Positions 59,567 to 64,000 of a stretch of 64,000 bases of DNA are shown here, one piece after another. The position numbers and the translations under genes were made by a program. The notes under the pieces are model-generated. The model saw nothing but the letters and a program-made list of their open reading frames with translations. It ran no database searches and was not told the DNA's origin. Position 1 is the first letter of the stretch; each line of letters opens with the position of its first letter. Source of the DNA: Candidatus Nomurabacteria bacterium (GTDB lineage Bacteria > Patescibacteriota > Minisyncoccia > Phycocordibacterales > CAIZLB01); NCBI GenBank assembly GCA_943356525.1, contig CALRFG010000001.1, positions 75,919 to 139,918 of the forward strand, read 5' to 3'.

Positions 59567-59593
59567 AAATCCCCGAGAGGGGATTTTTGTTTG
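59567..59593 (+). terminator. Terminator after the tRNA cluster.
   Basis: The sequence aaatccccgagaggggatttttgtttg forms a stem followed by a T-run. Confidence 0.6.
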
Positions 59594-59691
59594 CAAGGTG
59601 AGGAAAATATCCTCATGCTTTGTGTAATGAAGTAGCAGACTTCAAGTCCTATTAACCACGTATTAAACAAAAATATTCCAATTGAGGTATT

Positions 59692-60363
59692 TTGTTATAT
59701 AATAATATCTATATGACATCTTTAGAAAACCTAACACAACCTATATCAGTATTAGAAACTTTAAAAATAAAAATTAAAGAAGCTATAGAAAAAGCTAAAA
59801 ATAATCCTATAGCTGAATCAAGGCTTATTGAAGTAGAAGTTTTAAATAATAAAATGGAAGATAATTTTATAAAAAAAGGTTATCACGATACAGAAGATAT
59901 TATTCAGGAAGATTTGATTTTAGCTGAAATATTAAAATCAACATCTTTGGCTGACAATATTATTGAGTTTGAAGAAATGCTTAAACAGATAGCTTCAGAG
60001 TTTGGATTATCAGAAGAATGGGCTAAAGACTTATTAGCCCACGAAAATGCTCATGCTAACGTTTCTGAATCTCTGAATGAAGATTGGATAGGATATGGTG
60101 CTGTTTTTATAAAAGATGAGCAAGGTGCACTATCCAATATACAACCAATACATTTTTCAAGACCAAAGATGAATTGGGGACCAAAAGAATCAATTATAAA
60201 AAAAATAGAAGTATTAAGTGCACCTAGATTATATGGAAATGAGTTATCGGAAGGGGATGAGTCAGATTTAAAAATAAATAATGAAAGATTAGAAAAGATT
60301 AGATTAAATGAGGAAAAAGATAAAATTCACATAGCTGAACTCAGAGGAAGATTAGGAATTTAG
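59692..60363 (+). CDS. Hypothetical soluble protein with an HExxH-type motif (HENAH).
   Basis: The segment LLAHENAHANVSESLNEDW contains HExxH with downstream acidic residues. This may be a minimal zinc metallopeptidase fold, but there is no further support. Confidence 0.35.
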   Translation: MLYNNIYMTSLENLTQPISVLETLKIKIKEAIEKAKNNPIAESRLIEVEVLNNKMEDNFIKKGYHDTEDIIQEDLILAEILKSTSLADNIIEFEEMLKQIASEFGLSEEWAKDLLAHENAHANVSESLNEDWIGYGAVFIKDEQGALSNIQPIHFSRPKMNWGPKESIIKKIEVLSAPRLYGNELSEGDESDLKINNERLEKIRLNEEKDKIHIAELRGRLGI

Positions 60364-60466
60364 CTATAGTATAATCCATATATGAAAAAAAATAATAATT
60401 AGAGCGACATTAGAAAGAGAGATAGTTTTTCAGTGCAAAAAAAAATTCATTTGATATAATATAAAC

Positions 60467-60913
60467 ATGAAAAGTAAAAAAATATTAGCGTTATTAATTA
60501 TCATTGTTATAGCTGTACTCGGCTATGCTATTTTTAGAAAGCTTAACCCATCTGAAAAAATACCAGAAGGGCAATTATCTGAAAAACAAATCAAAACTCT
60601 TGTTAAAAAAGTTTCAAAACTTATAAATGTTCCTGAAGAGTCCCCTGTTGTAATAACTATTAAAAAAGCTGAGCAACTTATAGCCTCACAACAGTTTTAT
60701 GTAGGTTCTAAAGACGGTGACTATTTAATGGTTTTTCCAAAAACCAAAAAAGCTATTATATACAGAAAAAGCGAAGATAGACTTATAAATGTAGGTCCAA
60801 TCATTATTGATCAACCTGCTACAACTACAAAACCTGTGGTTAATGAAATACAAGCTGTTTCTACAAGTAGTAAGGCAACTCCTGATATCAAATCAGCGAA
60901 AGATAAAGAATAG
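60467..60913 (+). CDS. Hypothetical protein of 148 aa anchored by an N-terminal TM helix.
   Basis: It is a clean ORF with an N-terminal signal-anchor segment and I recognise no family. Confidence 0.4.
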   Translation: MKSKKILALLIIIVIAVLGYAIFRKLNPSEKIPEGQLSEKQIKTLVKKVSKLINVPEESPVVITIKKAEQLIASQQFYVGSKDGDYLMVFPKTKKAIIYRKSEDRLINVGPIIIDQPATTTKPVVNEIQAVSTSSKATPDIKSAKDKE

Positions 60914-60920
60914 TAAAAAA

Positions 60921-61727
60921 CTATCTTATCCATCTATCTAACAATATCCCACAGGCAACTGACGCATTTAATGACTCTGCCACACCGTGTGAAGGTAGTG
61001 TTACTCTAGTTTCTATTTTATTTAAGGCTATTTCATTTATACCATTTGACTCATTACCTATAACTAGTGCACCTGTTTTAGGCCATTTAAAATCATTTGC
61101 ATTTTGACCACCAAGTGTTGATGCGATTATATTAACATCTATTCTGTTTTTATTTATAATATTTAATATTTCATTTGTATCCCTATATATAACGTTAACT
61201 CTAGAAAATGAACCCATAGAAGCTGAGATTGTTTTTGGATTATAAATATCAACAGTACCAATAGATGCGATAATAGTTTTTACACCATACCAATCGGCAA
61301 GACGTATAATAGTACCCATATTTCCAGGATCTCTTATGTCATCGAGCATCAAGACTTTTTCAGTTTGAAGTAATTCCGCAATGGCATCAACAGTAAGATC
61401 AATTTTTTCGAGCTGATTTACTACAGCTATGGCAGTACACTCACTTTTCAAACTTTCCATTGTGGATATCTTATTTATTTCGCCAGCTTCAACAAACTGA
61501 GGTTTTAACCATTTTTCTATGGCCGCATGTCTTTTTCCACACTCTTTTAATTGGTCAGCGTATTTTTGGGAAAAATCCTGAGTTATAAATAATTCTACTA
61601 TAACCATATCAGAAACCAATAGCTCGGCTACACTTTTTTCACCCTCAACTAAAAAGATGTTTTTCTTATTACGTTCTTTTTTATCAGTGAATGCTTTTAA
61701 TGCCTGTATTTTACCTTTTGTTAACAT
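60921..61727 (-). CDS. TrmH/SpoU-family RNA 2'-O-methyltransferase (RlmB-like).
   Basis: The SpoU motifs LMLDDIRDPGNMGTIIRLADWYGV and LVIGNESNGI are present, along with a C-terminal SPOUT knot. Confidence 0.75.
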   Translation of the reverse strand: MLTKGKIQALKAFTDKKERNKKNIFLVEGEKSVAELLVSDMVIVELFITQDFSQKYADQLKECGKRHAAIEKWLKPQFVEAGEINKISTMESLKSECTAIAVVNQLEKIDLTVDAIAELLQTEKVLMLDDIRDPGNMGTIIRLADWYGVKTIIASIGTVDIYNPKTISASMGSFSRVNVIYRDTNEILNIINKNRIDVNIIASTLGGQNANDFKWPKTGALVIGNESNGINEIALNKIETRVTLPSHGVAESLNASVACGILLDRWIR

Positions 61728-61779
61728 GAATTTGAGTATAGCATATATTTCTTAGAAATATGTGTTATAGTAAAATTAC

Positions 61780-62508
61780 ATGAAAACCAACAAAGATGTT
61801 AACAAGAGTAAAAAAAACCAGTTTTGGAATAAAGAGTATAAAGAACCTTCACATCTTCAGCTTTCAGAAGATCCGGCAGGAGACCTTCTTAGTTTTGTAA
61901 AATGGGTAAATAGAAATGCTGAATGGCCAGCTTTTAATATGGGAGGTTTCGTTTTGGACATAGGTTGCGGAAATGGTCGAAATATAGGAAATCTTTGTGA
62001 ACAATATCATATGAAAGGTTTAGGTTTTGACATATCTGACGAAGCCATAAAGATGGCAAAGGAGAAATTTGCTCATCTTAAAAGTTTACATTTTATAAAA
62101 CAAAGTATGTTTGAACCTGTTGATTTACCAGCTGAATCAGTAGATGTTATCCTTGATATGATGGTTTTTCATTTCCTAGACGATGCTAAAAGACTATCTT
62201 ATATAAAGGACAAAGCTAGACTTATGAAGCCTTTTTCCTGGATGTTATTAAAGACATTTGTCCTAGACAATGATCAAAACGCCATAAGAATGATAAAGGA
62301 CTATCCAACTCCAGACAAAGAACATAACTCATACATACACCCCAAGTTTAAAGCTTTAGAACATGTTTTTACTGAAGATGAGCTGGTAGAATTACTATCT
62401 CCATATTTTAAGATACACAAGATGATAAAATCATATAAGCATTTTAAAGACGGTAAGCCTTATAAAAGACGTACTGTATCTGTCTACTTGGAAAGAAAAA
62501 GAGATTAG
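61780..62508 (+). CDS. Class I SAM-dependent methyltransferase.
   Basis: Motif I is VLDIGCGNGRN and motif II is VDVILDMMVFHF. The substrate is unknown. Confidence 0.65.
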   Translation: MKTNKDVNKSKKNQFWNKEYKEPSHLQLSEDPAGDLLSFVKWVNRNAEWPAFNMGGFVLDIGCGNGRNIGNLCEQYHMKGLGFDISDEAIKMAKEKFAHLKSLHFIKQSMFEPVDLPAESVDVILDMMVFHFLDDAKRLSYIKDKARLMKPFSWMLLKTFVLDNDQNAIRMIKDYPTPDKEHNSYIHPKFKALEHVFTEDELVELLSPYFKIHKMIKSYKHFKDGKPYKRRTVSVYLERKRD

Positions 62509-62541
62509 GCTAATATAAGTAAATCCCAAGTCAGGGATTTT

Positions 62542-62614
62542 GCCGATGTAGCTCAGACGGTAGAGCAACTCCATGGTAAGGAGTAGGTCGCCAGTTCGAT
62601 TCTGGCCATTGGCT
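62542..62614 (+). tRNA. tRNA-Thr, anticodon GGT.
   Basis: GCCGATG-TA-GCTC-AGACGGTA-GAGC-A-ACTCC-ATGGTAA-GGAGT-AGGTC-GCCAG-TTCGATT-CTGGC-CATTGGC-T is a clean cloverleaf, preceded by the hairpin aaatcccaagtcagggattt. A tRNA-Thr upstream of tuf is a common conserved arrangement. Confidence 0.8.
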
Positions 62615-62725
62615 CATTTGACTTTTATCTATTATCTGATAAACTTTGTGTATTATATATTTATAGATATAATTGGTAAAAAATTAATTAATTAACAAAA
62701 TAAATTTAAATAAAATAAAATAATT

Positions 62726-63925
62726 ATGGCAACAGCAGCATTTGATAGATCAAAAACACACGTGAACGTTGGAACAATCGGACACGTTGACCACGGTAAG
62801 ACAACTTTAACAGCGGCTATTTTGAGTACACTTTCAAAAAAAGGAAACGGTTATGATGCAAAGGTTCTTGATATAGCTCATATCGATAAAGCTCCAGAGG
62901 AGAAAGCTAGAGGTATCACTATCTCTCTTGCTCACTGTGAATACGAAACTCCAAACAGACACTACGCTCACGTAGACGCTCCAGGTCACGCCGACTATAT
63001 TAAAAACATGATTACAGGTGCTGCTCAAATGGACGGTGCTGTACTTGTTGTTGCTGCAACTGATGGACCTATGCCACAAACTCGTGAGCACGTTCTTCTA
63101 GCAAAACAAATCGGTGTACCAAACATTCTTGTATTTATGAACAAATGTGACATGGTGGATGATGCAGATATGTTAGACTTGGTTGAAGAAGAGATCAGAG
63201 AACTACTAACAAAGAACGGATTTGACGGTGCAAATGCCCCTGTTATAAGAGGTTCAGCCTTGAAAGCACTAAACTCTACAGACGTAAATGACGAGTGGTC
63301 ACAAAAGATCATAGATCTAGTAGATGCTATCGATACTTTCATACCAACTCCAGTTCGTGAGACAGATAAACCATTTCTTATGCCTATAGAAGATGTATTC
63401 TCTATCGAAGGACGTGGAACTGTTGTTACAGGTCGTATAGAGAAAGGTATAGTTAAAGTTGGTGAAGAGATCGAGATCGTTGGTCTTAAAGATACTGTTA
63501 AAACAGTTGTTACAGGAGTAGAAATGTTCAACAAATCTCTACAAGAAGGTCAAGCTGGAGATAACGCTGGTCTACTTTTGAGATCTGTTAAAAAAGAAGA
63601 TTTATCAAGAGGTCAAGTTCTTGCAAAACCAGGTTCAGTTACACCTCATACAGAGTTTGAAGCTGAAGTTTATATCTTAAAGAAAGAAGAGGGAGGACGT
63701 CATACACCATTTTTCTCAGGATACAAACCTCAATTCTACGTTAGAACAACTGACGTTACAGGAGAAGTTACTCTAGAAGAAGGTAAAATGGTTATGCCTG
63801 GAGATACAGTTACTTTCAAAGTTAAACTTGTAGCCCCAATCGCTCTAGAAGATAAGCAAAGACTTGCTATCCGTGAAGGAGGTAAAACTGTAGGTGCTGG
63901 AGTTGTTACAAAGATTGTAAAATAG
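62726..63925 (+). CDS. tuf: Elongation factor Tu.
   Basis: The motifs [22 protein letters not shown] and NKCD are present, the length is 399 aa, and the protein is near-consensus EF-Tu. Confidence 0.97.
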   Translation: MATAAFDRSKTHVNVGTIGHVDHGKTTLTAAILSTLSKKGNGYDAKVLDIAHIDKAPEEKARGITISLAHCEYETPNRHYAHVDAPGHADYIKNMITGAAQMDGAVLVVAATDGPMPQTREHVLLAKQIGVPNILVFMNKCDMVDDADMLDLVEEEIRELLTKNGFDGANAPVIRGSALKALNSTDVNDEWSQKIIDLVDAIDTFIPTPVRETDKPFLMPIEDVFSIEGRGTVVTGRIEKGIVKVGEEIEIVGLKDTVKTVVTGVEMFNKSLQEGQAGDNAGLLLRSVKKEDLSRGQVLAKPGSVTPHTEFEAEVYILKKEEGGRHTPFFSGYKPQFYVRTTDVTGEVTLEEGKMVMPGDTVTFKVKLVAPIALEDKQRLAIREGGKTVGAGVVTKIVK

Positions 63926-64000
63926 TGCTCTAAAAGCCTTTTAAATCAACAAAAGTATATATCTATACAAAAAATGCAATTACTCTAAAAAAGTGTTGCT

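Overview
This window reads as a low-GC (about 28-30%) bacterial chromosome segment in the standard genetic code, most consistent with a small-genome CPR/Patescibacteria-type organism. Genes are densely packed and mostly on the plus strand, with short intergenic hairpin terminators. Housekeeping content: recJ, rnhA, sodA, rpmB, glyA, rpsL-rpsG-(TA)-trhO-fusA-rpsT, ruvX, folD, secE-nusG-rplK, uppP, a dCMP-deaminase/dut/tmk-like trio, argS, lysS, ligA, gatC-gatA, a TrmH methyltransferase, tuf, a partial HIT gene at the left edge, and tRNAs Arg(GCG), Ser(TGA), Arg(TCT), Val(TAC), two CAT tRNAs, Asp(GTC) and Thr(GGT). The accessory content is dominated by a large type IV pilus / competence locus at 41.1-54.0 kb (pilM-N-O-P-like, pilB, a REC domain, pilT, an 874-aa Cys-rich surface protein, pilC and four pilin-like genes). 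A second partial pilMNO-like set sits at 25.3-27.7 kb, and ComEC appears split. Two type II toxin-antitoxin pairs are present, DinJ/YafQ-like inside the str operon and RHH/RelE-like next to ligA. Other notable genes are a DUF3800 gene bracketed by related palindromes, a membrane protein with a HEPN-like Rx4H motif, and large polytopic membrane proteins. No CRISPR array, rRNA or obvious transposase was seen. The most unusual sequence-level signal is that several tRNA genes are followed, within about 40-170 nt, by partial direct and/or inverted copies of their own T-arm/3' end.
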